In this document: piece after piece, positions 55,344 through 64,000 of the stretch
How positions within the stretch are numbered: position 1 is the first letter of the stretch
Layout of the letters: the number at the start of each line of letters is the position of its first letter
Assembly (NCBI GenBank): GCA_002839315.1
Contig: PGXV01000005.1
Span: 222,016 to 286,015 of the forward strand
Length of the DNA stretch: 64,000 bases
Direction: 5' to 3'
Source of the DNA: Spirochaetae bacterium HGW-Spirochaetae-3
Lineage (GTDB): Bacteria > Spirochaetota > Spirochaetia > Treponematales > UBA12059
Position numbers and translations under genes: made by a program
The notes under the pieces: model-generated
Seen by the model: only the letters and a program-made list of their open reading frames with translations
Told to the model about the DNA's origin: nothing
Database searches by the model: none

Positions 55344-56315
55344 ATGGCCGCCCTCAGCGGCCGGCGCGCGATGCTGAAATACTCTATAAAGCGGCTCCTG
55401 CAGTCGCTCGTTACGCTGCTCATCGTCGTTACGGCGGTATTCCTGCTGATGAGGCTACTCCCTATAGAGGGCTACTTCGGCGACGGCTTCGACAAGCTTA
55501 GCGAAAGCCAGCGCGAGGCGGTGCTCCAGAAGATGGGGCTCCTCGATCCGTGGTACGTCCAGCTAGGCACGTTCTATAAAGGCCTCGCCAGGGGCGACCT
55601 CGGCGTCTCGAGCATCTACCGCAAGGACGTGCCGGTGCTCGAGGTGATAGCCCCGCGCGTACCGTACTCCGTGCGCTTCGGCCTCGCCGCCATCACGCTC
55701 GCGCTCGTCGCCGGCCTCGCGATGGGCGTCTCGATGGCGAAGCACAAGGGCAAGGGCCTGGACAAGCTGTGGACCGGCTACGTCGTTTTCGTCAACGCGG
55801 TACCGTTGGCGGTCTACCTGCTGTTCATACAGCTGTACGGTACGAGCCTCTTCAACCTGCCGTTGCTGTTCGACAAGTACATGCCTTCAAGCTGGATCCT
55901 TCCGGCCCTGTCCATGTCCCTCGGCAGCATCGCCGGATACGCGATGTGGATGCGGCGATACATGGTCGACGAGCTCAATAAGGACTATATCAAGCTGGCG
56001 CGGGCCAAGGGGCTCTCCCAGTCGACGATCATGGTCAGGCACGTGATGCGAAACGCCTACGTTCCCATGGCCCAGTACCTGCCCGCGTCGATACTGATGA
56101 CGATATCCGGCTCGATATACATCGAGTCGCTGTACTCGATACCCGGAATGGGGGGGCTGCTCGTGGACGTCATCCAACGCCAGGACAATCCGATGGTCCA
56201 GGCGCTCGTTCTCATCTTCTCGTCGGTCGGCATCGTCGGCCTCTTCCTCGGGGACCTCCTGATGGCCTTGTTCGACCCGCGTATCAAGCTGTCGAAGAGC
56301 GGGGTGTCCCGATGA
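55344..56315 (+). CDS. peptide ABC transporter permease (OppB/DppB type)
   Basis: 323 aa. Canonical N-terminus MLKYSIKRLLQS begins at the alternative ATG 55371. EAA-like loop KLARAKGLSQ. Confidence 0.85.
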   Translation: MAALSGRRAMLKYSIKRLLQSLVTLLIVVTAVFLLMRLLPIEGYFGDGFDKLSESQREAVLQKMGLLDPWYVQLGTFYKGLARGDLGVSSIYRKDVPVLEVIAPRVPYSVRFGLAAITLALVAGLAMGVSMAKHKGKGLDKLWTGYVVFVNAVPLAVYLLFIQLYGTSLFNLPLLFDKYMPSSWILPALSMSLGSIAGYAMWMRRYMVDELNKDYIKLARAKGLSQSTIMVRHVMRNAYVPMAQYLPASILMTISGSIYIESLYSIPGMGGLLVDVIQRQDNPMVQALVLIFSSVGIVGLFLGDLLMALFDPRIKLSKSGVSR

Positions 56316-57295
56316 TCCGCGACAGGATACTTACCAACGCCGAATCCGCCGTCGCCGCGGAGGTCGACGCGTCGCTGTTCGTCCAGGCGGAATTCGACGC
56401 GAGCGCGGGGGAGCGCGGCGGCTATTCCGATTATTCCTATTGGCGCTCGACGATGCGCGGATTCCTCAGGAACAGGGTCGCGCTCGGCTTCCTCGTGCTG
56501 CTCGGGACGCTGCTGCTCTTCACGTTCATCCAGCCGATGCTGCCGGGCCAGAAGAGCCCGACGCTTATCCATAACGATCCGGCGACCGGCATGCAGTTCC
56601 GCAACGTGCCGCCGGGCCGGGAGTTCTGGTTCGGCACGAACACGATAGGCCAGGACCTCTGGTCGCGCATCTGGGGCGGCACCCGTACCTCGCTGCTCAT
56701 CGGCCTCATCGTCGGCGCGGTCGAGATGATCATCGGCATAAGCTTCGGCGCTATATGGGGATACGTGCGCAGGCTCGACGGCGTGATCACCGAGATATAC
56801 AACGTCCTCAACAACATCCCGACGACGATAGTCCTTATGCTACTCGCCTATATCCTCCGCCCCAGCTTCAAGACCATGGTGATAGCGATGTGCGCCACCG
56901 GGTGGCTGGGCCTGGCCCGCTTCGTACGCAACCAGATCGTCATCATCCGCGACCGGGAATATAACCTCGCGTCGCGCTGCCTCGGAACGCCGAGCCGCCG
57001 CATCATCGTCAAGAACCTGCTACCGTACCTCGTGTCGGTGATCATGCTGCAGACCGCGCTGTCCATACCAGGGACGATAGGCTGGGAGGTGTTCCTGACG
57101 TACATCGGCCTGGGCCTGCCGGTCAGCATCCCGTCGCTCGGCAACCTCGTCAACGAGGGGCGGCAGATCATGATGTCGCCGGAGCTGCGCTACCAGCTGC
57201 TGTTCCCGACGGTGATCCTGTCGATGATAACCATCTCGTTCTACGTGCTCGGCAACGCGTTCTCCGACGCGTCCGACCCGCGCAACCACGTGTAA
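56312..57295 (+). CDS. peptide ABC transporter permease (OppC/DppC type)
   Basis: 327 aa, ATGA overlap with the upstream permease. NLASRCLGTPSRRII loop; multi-TM. Confidence 0.85.
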   Translation: MIRDRILTNAESAVAAEVDASLFVQAEFDASAGERGGYSDYSYWRSTMRGFLRNRVALGFLVLLGTLLLFTFIQPMLPGQKSPTLIHNDPATGMQFRNVPPGREFWFGTNTIGQDLWSRIWGGTRTSLLIGLIVGAVEMIIGISFGAIWGYVRRLDGVITEIYNVLNNIPTTIVLMLLAYILRPSFKTMVIAMCATGWLGLARFVRNQIVIIRDREYNLASRCLGTPSRRIIVKNLLPYLVSVIMLQTALSIPGTIGWEVFLTYIGLGLPVSIPSLGNLVNEGRQIMMSPELRYQLLFPTVILSMITISFYVLGNAFSDASDPRNHV

Positions 57296-57306
57296 GGATA
57301 GAAGCT

Positions 57307-58365
57307 ATGGCAAAAGGCGACGCGATACTCGAGGCCAAGGACGTAGTTATCAAGTTCAACCTGCGAGGCAGGACGCTGACGGCGATACGCGGCGCCAGCC
57401 TCGAACTGAACGAAGGCGAGACGCTAGCGATAGTCGGCGAGTCGGGGTCCGGGAAATCCGTGCTGACGAAGTCGTTCATCGGCATGCTCGACCAGAACGG
57501 CTGGGTGGATTCGGGCTCCGTTATGTTCGAGGGACGTAACCTCGCCGCGCTACGGGACGAGAAGGAGTGGCTGGCGATTCGCGGCAAGAAGATCGCCATG
57601 GTCTTCCAGGACCCGATGACGGCGCTCAACCCGCTCCTGAGCGTCGGAGCCCAGATCCGGGAGGTCTTCGAGCTCCATCACGGCCTGTCCGGCAAGGCGG
57701 CGGACCACGCGGTTATCGACATGCTCGAGCGGGTCGGCATAGACGCTCCGGAGTCCAGGCGGAAGCAATACCCCCACGAATTCTCCGGCGGCATGAGGCA
57801 GCGCGTCGTCATAGCGATAGCGGTAGCGTGCAAGCCGCGCATCCTGATATGCGACGAGCCGACGACGGCCCTGGACGTGACGATCCAGGCGCAGATACTC
57901 GATCTGATAAAGGCGCTGCAGCGCGACCTGGCCTTTACGACGGTATACATCACCCACGACCTCGGCGTCGTCGCCAACGTCGCCGACCGCGTCGCGGTGA
58001 TGTATTCCGGCCAGATCGTAGAGACGGGCATGGCCGAGGAGGTCTTCTACGACTCGCGTCATCCGTATACCTGGGCCCTGCTTTCGTCGCTGCCGCAGCT
58101 CGGCGTCAAAGGCCAGCCCCTATACTCGATATCGGGCACGCCGCCTAACCTGTTCAACAGGATCTCGGGCGACGCGTTCGCGCCTCGCAACCCCAAGGCG
58201 CTCAAGGTCGATTTCGTCGCGCAGCCGCCGATGTTCCAGATAAGCCCGACCCATAGGGCGGCTACCTGGCTGCTCGATCCGCGGGCGCCGGCTATGGATC
58301 CGCCGCCGGCGATTTTGGCTATGCGCGCCAAGCTCGGCGGCGCCAAGATCGGAGGCGCGCGATGA
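57307..58365 (+). CDS. peptide ABC transporter ATPase (OppD/DppD type)
   Basis: 352 aa. Walker A GESGSGKS, signature FSGGMRQR, Walker [12 protein letters not shown], and the oligopeptide C-terminal extension. Confidence 0.9.
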   Translation: MAKGDAILEAKDVVIKFNLRGRTLTAIRGASLELNEGETLAIVGESGSGKSVLTKSFIGMLDQNGWVDSGSVMFEGRNLAALRDEKEWLAIRGKKIAMVFQDPMTALNPLLSVGAQIREVFELHHGLSGKAADHAVIDMLERVGIDAPESRRKQYPHEFSGGMRQRVVIAIAVACKPRILICDEPTTALDVTIQAQILDLIKALQRDLAFTTVYITHDLGVVANVADRVAVMYSGQIVETGMAEEVFYDSRHPYTWALLSSLPQLGVKGQPLYSISGTPPNLFNRISGDAFAPRNPKALKVDFVAQPPMFQISPTHRAATWLLDPRAPAMDPPPAILAMRAKLGGAKIGGAR

Positions 58366-59315
58366 ACGGCGGCGAACGCGAGGCCGTGCTCGAGCTAAAG
58401 GACCTCGAGGTCTCCTTCAAGGTCAAGGGCGGCGACGTATTCAAGGCGGTCAAGGGCGTCAACTTCACCATCTATAAGGGAGAGACCTTCGGCCTGGTCG
58501 GCGAGTCGGGCTCGGGCAAGACGAGCATCGGGCGGGCCGTCGTCAGGATAAACGACGCCAGCGCCGGATCCATACTGTACAAGGGCCGCAAGATCAACGG
58601 AAAGATATCCAGGGAGCTGGACCTCGAGGTGGTCCGCAAGATACAGATGATATTCCAGGACCCCATGGCGTCCTTGAACGAGCGCGCCAAGGTCGACTAC
58701 ATCATCTCGGAGGGGCTCTATAACATCGGCGTCAAGCGAACCGAGGCCGAGAGGAAGGACCTGGTCTCGAAGGCGCTGCTCGAGGTGGGGCTCCTGCCCG
58801 AATTCGCTTCGCGCTTCCCCCACGAGTTCTCGGGCGGCCAGCGGCAGCGCATCGGCATCGCGCGGGCGCTGATCATGGAACCCGAGCTCATCGTCGCCGA
58901 CGAGCCTATATCGGCGCTCGACGTGTCGATTCGGGCCCAGGTGCTCAACCTCCTGTCGGCGATACAGAAGGCCAAGGGCCTTACGTACCTGTTCATAGCG
59001 CACGATCTCTCGGTGGTGCGGTTTATCACCGACCGCATAGCCGTCATCAACAAGGGCGAGATCGTCGAGCTCGCGGAGACGGAGGAGTTGTTCAGGCGCC
59101 CGCTGCATCCGTATACGCGGGCGCTGATATCCGCTATCCCGCAGCCGGATCCTATAGCCGAGCGCGGCAAGGTCGTTACCGTCTACGACCCGAGGTGCCA
59201 CGATTACTCGACGCAGGGGCCCTCTTGGGTAGACGTGGGCGGAGGGCATTTCGTGCTGGCCAACGCGAAGGAGGTTGAGGCGTACCGGGCGGAGATGGCC
59301 GCGGCGCAGCCTTAA
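58362..59315 (+). CDS. peptide ABC transporter ATPase (OppF/DppF type)
   Basis: 317 aa. [28 protein letters not shown]. Overlaps the upstream stop. Confidence 0.9.
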   Translation: MNGGEREAVLELKDLEVSFKVKGGDVFKAVKGVNFTIYKGETFGLVGESGSGKTSIGRAVVRINDASAGSILYKGRKINGKISRELDLEVVRKIQMIFQDPMASLNERAKVDYIISEGLYNIGVKRTEAERKDLVSKALLEVGLLPEFASRFPHEFSGGQRQRIGIARALIMEPELIVADEPISALDVSIRAQVLNLLSAIQKAKGLTYLFIAHDLSVVRFITDRIAVINKGEIVELAETEELFRRPLHPYTRALISAIPQPDPIAERGKVVTVYDPRCHDYSTQGPSWVDVGGGHFVLANAKEVEAYRAEMAAAQP

Positions 59316-60046
59316 CTCGACGCGCTCGTAACGAGCGCCTCGAAGGGCGCGAGGAATTCCGGGAAGCGCCTGGTCATGCCTTCCGGGTGGAACTGGACCG
59401 CGACGAGGAAGCGATCGGGATCGGGCGACTCGACGGCCTCGACGATGCCGTCGAGGGCGCGAGCGGAAACGACAAGGCCGGGCGCGACGTCCTTGATCGC
59501 CTGGTGGTGGAAGCTGTTGACGAGGATACGCGCGTCCGCGAACAGATGGCCGAGCCGCGTGCCCGGTACGATATCGATATAGTGGGCGGGCTCGTCCATA
59601 GGGACGTCGAAGGAGTGGCCGCCGGCCGTCGGGACCTGTGCGGGGATGTCCTGGTATAGGGTGCCTCCGAGCGCTACGTTGACGACCTGGCAGCCGCGGC
59701 ATATGCCGAGTAGGGGTAGCCCGCGGGCCTGAGCGGCGGCGAACAGGGCGAGTTCCCAGCGATCGCGGCCGGAATCCATCCGCGCGACGCCGCCGGACGC
59801 GGCCTCGCCGTAGAGGTAGGGGCAGACGTCCCCGCCGCCCGACAGTACGAGACCGTCGAGGCGTCGGACGAAGGCCGCCGCGGCTTCGGCTAACTCGGCG
59901 CCCGAGGCGAGGCCGCTCGGGCCGGGTAGTACGAGAGGCAGGCCCCCGGCCGCCGAGACGGAATAGGGGTACGTGGCGTTTATCGAGACGTAGGCCGATC
60001 GGTTCTTGTGTTCGTCGAACGATGTTATTCCGATGACGGGCGGCAC
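59312..60046 (-). CDS. class I glutamine amidotransferase-like C26 peptidase (PuuD / gamma-glutamyl hydrolase family)
   Basis: ORF 59312..60343 trimmed to the in-frame GTG at 60046, preceded by GAGGAG-N6 (244 aa). Nucleophile motif GICRGCQ and NSFHHQA. Stop codons overlap convergently with the upstream ATPase gene. Confidence 0.75.
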   Translation of the reverse strand: MPPVIGITSFDEHKNRSAYVSINATYPYSVSAAGGLPLVLPGPSGLASGAELAEAAAAFVRRLDGLVLSGGGDVCPYLYGEAASGGVARMDSGRDRWELALFAAAQARGLPLLGICRGCQVVNVALGGTLYQDIPAQVPTAGGHSFDVPMDEPAHYIDIVPGTRLGHLFADARILVNSFHHQAIKDVAPGLVVSARALDGIVEAVESPDPDRFLVAVQFHPEGMTRRFPEFLAPFEALVTSASS

Positions 60047-60233
60047 GGGTGGCTCCTCGCGGACCGCTCGGGGCCGCGGATGGCATTCTATACGCGGAGG
60101 CGCGCTTCGTGAAGCCGTCTCCCGGAGCGGGGGTACGTATTGAGGTCTCAAGATCGACGTGATACGCTGATTCCGCGCCGGGAGACGCGCGATGGACGCT
60201 TCTATTCCCGAGTCGAACGGAGGGCTCGTCTTG

Positions 60234-61361
60234 ATGATCGATAGGCAGGCTTGGGCCGAGATAGATCTCTCGGCGATACGGAAGAACGTACGCAACCTGG
60301 TTGCCCTCGCCGGGAACGGAGCGGGTATATGCGCCGTCGTCAAGGCGGACGGCTACGGGCACGGCGCCGGCCCGGTCGCGCGCGCGTGCCTCGACTCGGG
60401 CGCGTCGTCGCTCGCCGTCGCCCTCGTCGACGAAGGCGTCGCCCTTAGGCGCTCGGGCATCGTAGAGCCCATACTCGTGCTCGGCTATACGGGGGAAGAA
60501 GGCGCCGGCAGGGCCGCCGCGTGGGGTCTGTCGGTCGTCGCCGTATCCGAGGACAACGCCCGTTACATCGCCTCCGAGGCGAAGCTGAGGGGGAAGCCGG
60601 CCCGTATACACCTGAAGATAGATACCGGCATGTCAAGGCTCGGCCTCTCGCCGGAAGAGGCGGCCGCCGCGGCGGCCGAGATATACGCCATGCCCGGGGC
60701 GATCCTCGAGGGCGTCTGCTCCCATTTCGCCGATTCCGACGCGGCGGACGGTGCCTTCGCGACGCTACAGCTGTCGCGCTTCAACGAGGCGGTAGCCGCG
60801 ATCGAGCGCGCCGGCGTCCGGGGCTTCGCCCGCCATATGGCTAATAGCGCCGCGTTCATACACATGCCCGAGGCCCGCTTGGACATGGCGCGCCCGGGCA
60901 TAGCGATATACGGCCTGCGAGCGTCTACGCAACGGGCCTGTCCCTTCGAGCCGGTTCCCGCGATGGCGCTGAAGGCCCGGGTCGTCCAGGTCCGCACGGT
61001 ACCGGCGGGGGAAACCGTAGGCTACGGCCGGACGTTCCGCGCGGCCCGAGACTCGAGGATAGCCACGCTACCGCTCGGTTACGCCGACGGCGTATCGCGC
61101 GCCCTTTCGAACCGCGGGTCCGTCGGCTTCGGCTCCGGGCGCGCGCCGATGGTCGGGACGATATGCATGGATCAGCTGATGGTCGACCTGACCGACCTTC
61201 CCGAGGAGGGGCCCGGTTCCGTCGCGACCATATTCGGGCCGGGAGGGCCGCCGGTATCCGAGCTCGCCGACCTCCTGGGCACGATAGACTACGAGGTCGT
61301 CTGCGACGTTTCCGGGCGAATACCACGGATCTATAGCGATAGCCGCATGGAGGAAGATTAA
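60234..61361 (+). CDS. alr: alanine racemase
   Basis: ORF 60192..61361; the ATG at 60234 is preferred (GGAGGG RBS; 375 aa). PLP-lysine motif VVKADGYGHG, GIAIYGL tyrosine region, and CMDQ. Confidence 0.85.
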   Translation: MIDRQAWAEIDLSAIRKNVRNLVALAGNGAGICAVVKADGYGHGAGPVARACLDSGASSLAVALVDEGVALRRSGIVEPILVLGYTGEEGAGRAAAWGLSVVAVSEDNARYIASEAKLRGKPARIHLKIDTGMSRLGLSPEEAAAAAAEIYAMPGAILEGVCSHFADSDAADGAFATLQLSRFNEAVAAIERAGVRGFARHMANSAAFIHMPEARLDMARPGIAIYGLRASTQRACPFEPVPAMALKARVVQVRTVPAGETVGYGRTFRAARDSRIATLPLGYADGVSRALSNRGSVGFGSGRAPMVGTICMDQLMVDLTDLPEEGPGSVATIFGPGGPPVSELADLLGTIDYEVVCDVSGRIPRIYSDSRMEED

Positions 61362-61364
61362 AAA

Positions 61365-62579
61365 ATGCTACGACATACCCGTTACGACGTCGATCTCGAC
61401 GCCGTGGCCCACAACTTCAGGCGAGTGAGGGAGATCGTTGGCTCGGAAGCCGATAGCGCCGCTCCGAAGGCCGCCGTCGTGCTCAAGGCGGACGCGTACG
61501 GGCTGGGAGCGGTACCGGTGGCGCGCGTACTCCTTCGCGAGGGCGCCGACATGCTCGCCGTCGCCTGCCTGCCCGAGGCCGTGCAACTGCGGCGCGCCTT
61601 CCCCGACGCGCCCATCCTCGTGATGGGCCACACGCCCGACGAGTACTTCCCGGAAGCGGTCCGCGAGCGCGTGACCTGCACGATCTTCGATTACGCCCAG
61701 GCTGAGGCCTTGTCTACCGAGGCGGCGCGGGCGGGCGTTACGGCGGTCGCGCACGTCAAGGTGGACACGGGCATGAACCGGCTCGGCCTCAAGCCCGAGC
61801 TGTTCGAGCCGGGTACGGGCGCTGGCTCGGCGGCCGGGCTGCTGGCCCGGATGGCCTGCCTGCCCTCGCTTGCTCTGGAAGGCGTCTTCACCCACCTGGC
61901 GCTCAACGACGAGGCGTCGGACGCGGCCCAATTCGCGACGTTCATGAGGCTCTTGGACGGCGCGGCCGCGCTCGGCGTACGCTTCGCGATACGGCACGTC
62001 TGCGATTCGATAGGGTTGATGAAATACCCCGAATACCGCTTGGACATGGTGCGTCCCGGCGCGGTGATGTACGGCGTCACGCCCCTCGACACCCCGTTGA
62101 CCGCGTCCGCCGATATCCGAACGCCGTTCCGCCTCTCCACGCGCATATCGAGGATCAGGCCGATGGCGGCGGGCGAGGGCGTAGGCTACGACTATACGTT
62201 CCGCGCTCCGCCGGGCGGCACGCTACTGGCGACCCTTCCCGTGGGCTACGCTGACGGCTATAAACGCTGCCTGTCCAACGTCGCGAGCGTGCTGGTCCGC
62301 GGGCGCCGCGCCCCGGTCGTCGGGCTCGTCTGCATGGACCAGTGCACCGTCGACGTAGGCGGCGTGCCCGGGGTCCGGGAAGGCGACGAGGTCGTGCTGC
62401 TGGGCGGCGACCGGTCAGACAGGCCAGGCGAGGGCATCCCCGTCCTGGAGATGGCCGGGTGGGCCAAGACCAACCGCAACGACGTCATCTGCTCCATAGG
62501 CCGTCGCGTTCCCCGCGTCTACCTCGAGGGCGGCCGGCCCGCCGTCGAATCGGATTTTGTACTGGGAGGTACCGTATGA
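61365..62579 (+). CDS. second alanine-racemase-family paralog (divergent; AYGLG PLP motif)
   Basis: 404 aa, starting 3 nt after the alr stop. VLKADAYGLG, GAVMYGV, VCMDQ. Specificity unknown. Confidence 0.75.
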   Translation: MLRHTRYDVDLDAVAHNFRRVREIVGSEADSAAPKAAVVLKADAYGLGAVPVARVLLREGADMLAVACLPEAVQLRRAFPDAPILVMGHTPDEYFPEAVRERVTCTIFDYAQAEALSTEAARAGVTAVAHVKVDTGMNRLGLKPELFEPGTGAGSAAGLLARMACLPSLALEGVFTHLALNDEASDAAQFATFMRLLDGAAALGVRFAIRHVCDSIGLMKYPEYRLDMVRPGAVMYGVTPLDTPLTASADIRTPFRLSTRISRIRPMAAGEGVGYDYTFRAPPGGTLLATLPVGYADGYKRCLSNVASVLVRGRRAPVVGLVCMDQCTVDVGGVPGVREGDEVVLLGGDRSDRPGEGIPVLEMAGWAKTNRNDVICSIGRRVPRVYLEGGRPAVESDFVLGGTV

Positions 62580-63760
62580 TAGCGCCAGAAAAGCTTCGTA
62601 TCGACGCGTGGGACATCCGCCCCTGGCTCGTAGAGATACGCAGGACCCTGCATCGCCATCCCGAACTCGGGTACGCGGAGACGCGGACCGCCGATTACAT
62701 AGGATCGAAGCTCGATGAGATGGGTATCGAGTACGCGCGTACGGGTACCGCGATCGTCGGCCTCGTGCGGGGCGCCAAGCCCGGCAAGACCGTGGCGCTC
62801 CGCGCCGACATCGACGCATTGCCTATAAAGGAAGAGACGGGAGTCGAGTACGCCTCCGAGAACGACGGCGTCATGCACGCCTGCGGTCACGACGCGCATG
62901 CGACGATCCTTCTCGGCGCGGCGAGATGGTTCGCCGAGCGTCGATCCGATCTGGCCGGCAACGTGAAGCTACTGTTCCAGCCGGCAGAGGAAACCGACGG
63001 CGGCGCCGAGATAATGATCAGGGGCGGTTGCATGGAGAATCCGCGCGTAGACTACGTGCTCGGCCTCCACGTGATGCCGTACTTGCCGGTAGGCCGGATC
63101 GAGACGAAGAAGGGCGCCCTCAACGGCTCCTCTACCGAGCTCGACTTCACGATCGGCGGCACGAGCTGCCACGCCGCCTATCCCGAGCGCGGCGTCGACG
63201 CGATCATGATAGCGGCGCACGTCGTAACGGCCCTCCATTGCCTCGTGTCGCGATACGTGTCGCCGCTCGAGGCCGCGGTACTGACCATAGGCACGATCCG
63301 CGGCGGTACCGTATCAAACGTAGTCGCGGGCGAGGTCACGATGAAGTCGACGCTACGAACGACGAGCGATCAGACGCGCGACATGCTGGTAGACAAGGCC
63401 AGGTCGATAGTCGAAAGCGTATCCGCGTCGTTCGGCGGATCGGGCTCCCTAAAAGTCAGCTACGGATATACCGCGCTCATAAACGACTCGGCCGTCGTCG
63501 ACGAGATCGCCGCCGTCGCCGACGAGATCCTGTGCCCCGGCTCGCTCGAGTGGAAAGAGAAGCCGAGCATGGGCGTCGAGGATTTCTCGTTCTTCTGCAG
63601 GGAGCGGCCCGGCGCCTTCTACCACCTCGGCTGCGGCAACGAGAAGCGCGGGATATCCTCGCCCATTCATTCGCCGACGTTCGACATCGACGAGGACTGC
63701 CTGCCCCTCGGCGTGGCGATGCAGGTCGCCTGCGCCCTGCGCCTCCTGGAGAAGGCCTGA
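62576..63760 (+). CDS. M20D-family N-acyl-L-amino acid amidohydrolase / carboxypeptidase
   Basis: ORF 62342..63760 trimmed to the ATG at 62576 (ATGA overlap). RRTLHRHPELGYAE, MHACGHDAH, and LFQPAEE motifs. Confidence 0.8.
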   Translation: MIAPEKLRIDAWDIRPWLVEIRRTLHRHPELGYAETRTADYIGSKLDEMGIEYARTGTAIVGLVRGAKPGKTVALRADIDALPIKEETGVEYASENDGVMHACGHDAHATILLGAARWFAERRSDLAGNVKLLFQPAEETDGGAEIMIRGGCMENPRVDYVLGLHVMPYLPVGRIETKKGALNGSSTELDFTIGGTSCHAAYPERGVDAIMIAAHVVTALHCLVSRYVSPLEAAVLTIGTIRGGTVSNVVAGEVTMKSTLRTTSDQTRDMLVDKARSIVESVSASFGGSGSLKVSYGYTALINDSAVVDEIAAVADEILCPGSLEWKEKPSMGVEDFSFFCRERPGAFYHLGCGNEKRGISSPIHSPTFDIDEDCLPLGVAMQVACALRLLEKA

Positions 63761-63769
63761 CGGCGAATA

Positions 63770-63836
63770 CGAGCGGTTCAGTGGATGAGTTGTCGTAACC
63801 GAACCCCTGAACCACTTATTGTCACGGTATTTTTTT
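63770..63836. repeat. dispersed-family hairpin followed by a T8 run (probable terminator)
   Basis: GGTTCAGTGGATGAGTTGTCGTAACCGAACCCCTGAACC (stem GGTTCAG/CTGAACC), then ...CACGGTATTTTTTTT. Confidence 0.6.
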
Positions 63837-63860
63837 TGATTGCTATTCTGGAGGTGCGTT

Positions 63861-64000
63861 TTGGATAAGCTGTATATAAGCGCGGATATCGAGGGCGTTT
63901 GCGGGATCGCGGACTGGAAAGAGACCGAGATAGGCGAGGCCCAGGGCGCGTACTTCCGCGCCGAGATGACCCACGAAGTGGCCTCCGCCTGCGAGGCCGC
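63861..64000 (+). CDS. dppA: D-aminopeptidase DppA (peptidase M55), 5' fragment running off the window
   Basis: Hand translation from TTG (GGAGGT-N5 RBS): LDKLYISADIEGVCGIADWKET...MTHEVASACEA. It matches the KLYxSxDxEGxxG N-terminus of M55 peptidases. Not in the ORF track because it is truncated. Confidence 0.7.
   Translation, partial: MDKLYISADIEGVCGIADWKETEIGEAQGAYFRAEMTHEVASACEA

Noticed and set aside
58395-60611. 738-aa minus-strand ORF, the longest in the track.
   Set aside because: Extremely Arg/Pro/Gly-rich with no motifs. It lies antisense or out of frame to the second ABC ATPase gene (58362..59315), the C26 hydrolase gene and alr, all of which have clear family motifs. This is a typical GC-driven shadow ORF.

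Overview
GC-rich (by eye roughly 60-65% GC) bacterial chromosomal segment, densely coding on both strands. I call 58 protein genes (one truncated at the 3' window edge) and one tRNA-Thr(CGU). I saw no rRNA, CRISPR array, transposase, integrase or phage genes. Content is mostly core or metabolic: ispDF, argG, an NMO-family reductase + FabF pair, mazG, potABCD, P5C dehydrogenase, adenosine deaminase, a tryptophanase-family lyase, a stand-alone EF-G paralog, infA, a dksA-like gene, and an 8-gene MoxR/DUF58/VWA Bat-type (aerotolerance-type) operon. A ~17-kb block is devoted to peptide uptake and D-amino-acid handling: YfcC carrier, M20/M20D/C39-like/C26/beta-lactamase-fold hydrolases, an Opp/Dpp-type ABC transporter, two tandem alanine-racemase paralogs and a DppA D-aminopeptidase. 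The gene content (Bat operon, extra EF-G, paired cNMP-binding proteins) is reminiscent of Spirochaetota, but that is only a guess. The most unusual material is non-coding. A dispersed family of intergenic imperfect palindromes (conserved YACGCTA-type apex, variable arms built from TCAG-type heptamers) occurs at least 8 times. It is concentrated around a low-GC vapBC toxin-antitoxin cassette at 32.7-33.4 kb. That cassette is bracketed by 40-bp direct repeats, and is preceded by two tandem ~125-nt long hairpins with compensatory stem changes and by an orphan KaiC/RecA-like ATPase gene. Many long ORFs in the six-frame track are GC-driven shadow ORFs and were rejected. All homology statements come from my reading of motifs in the translations; no database search was run.
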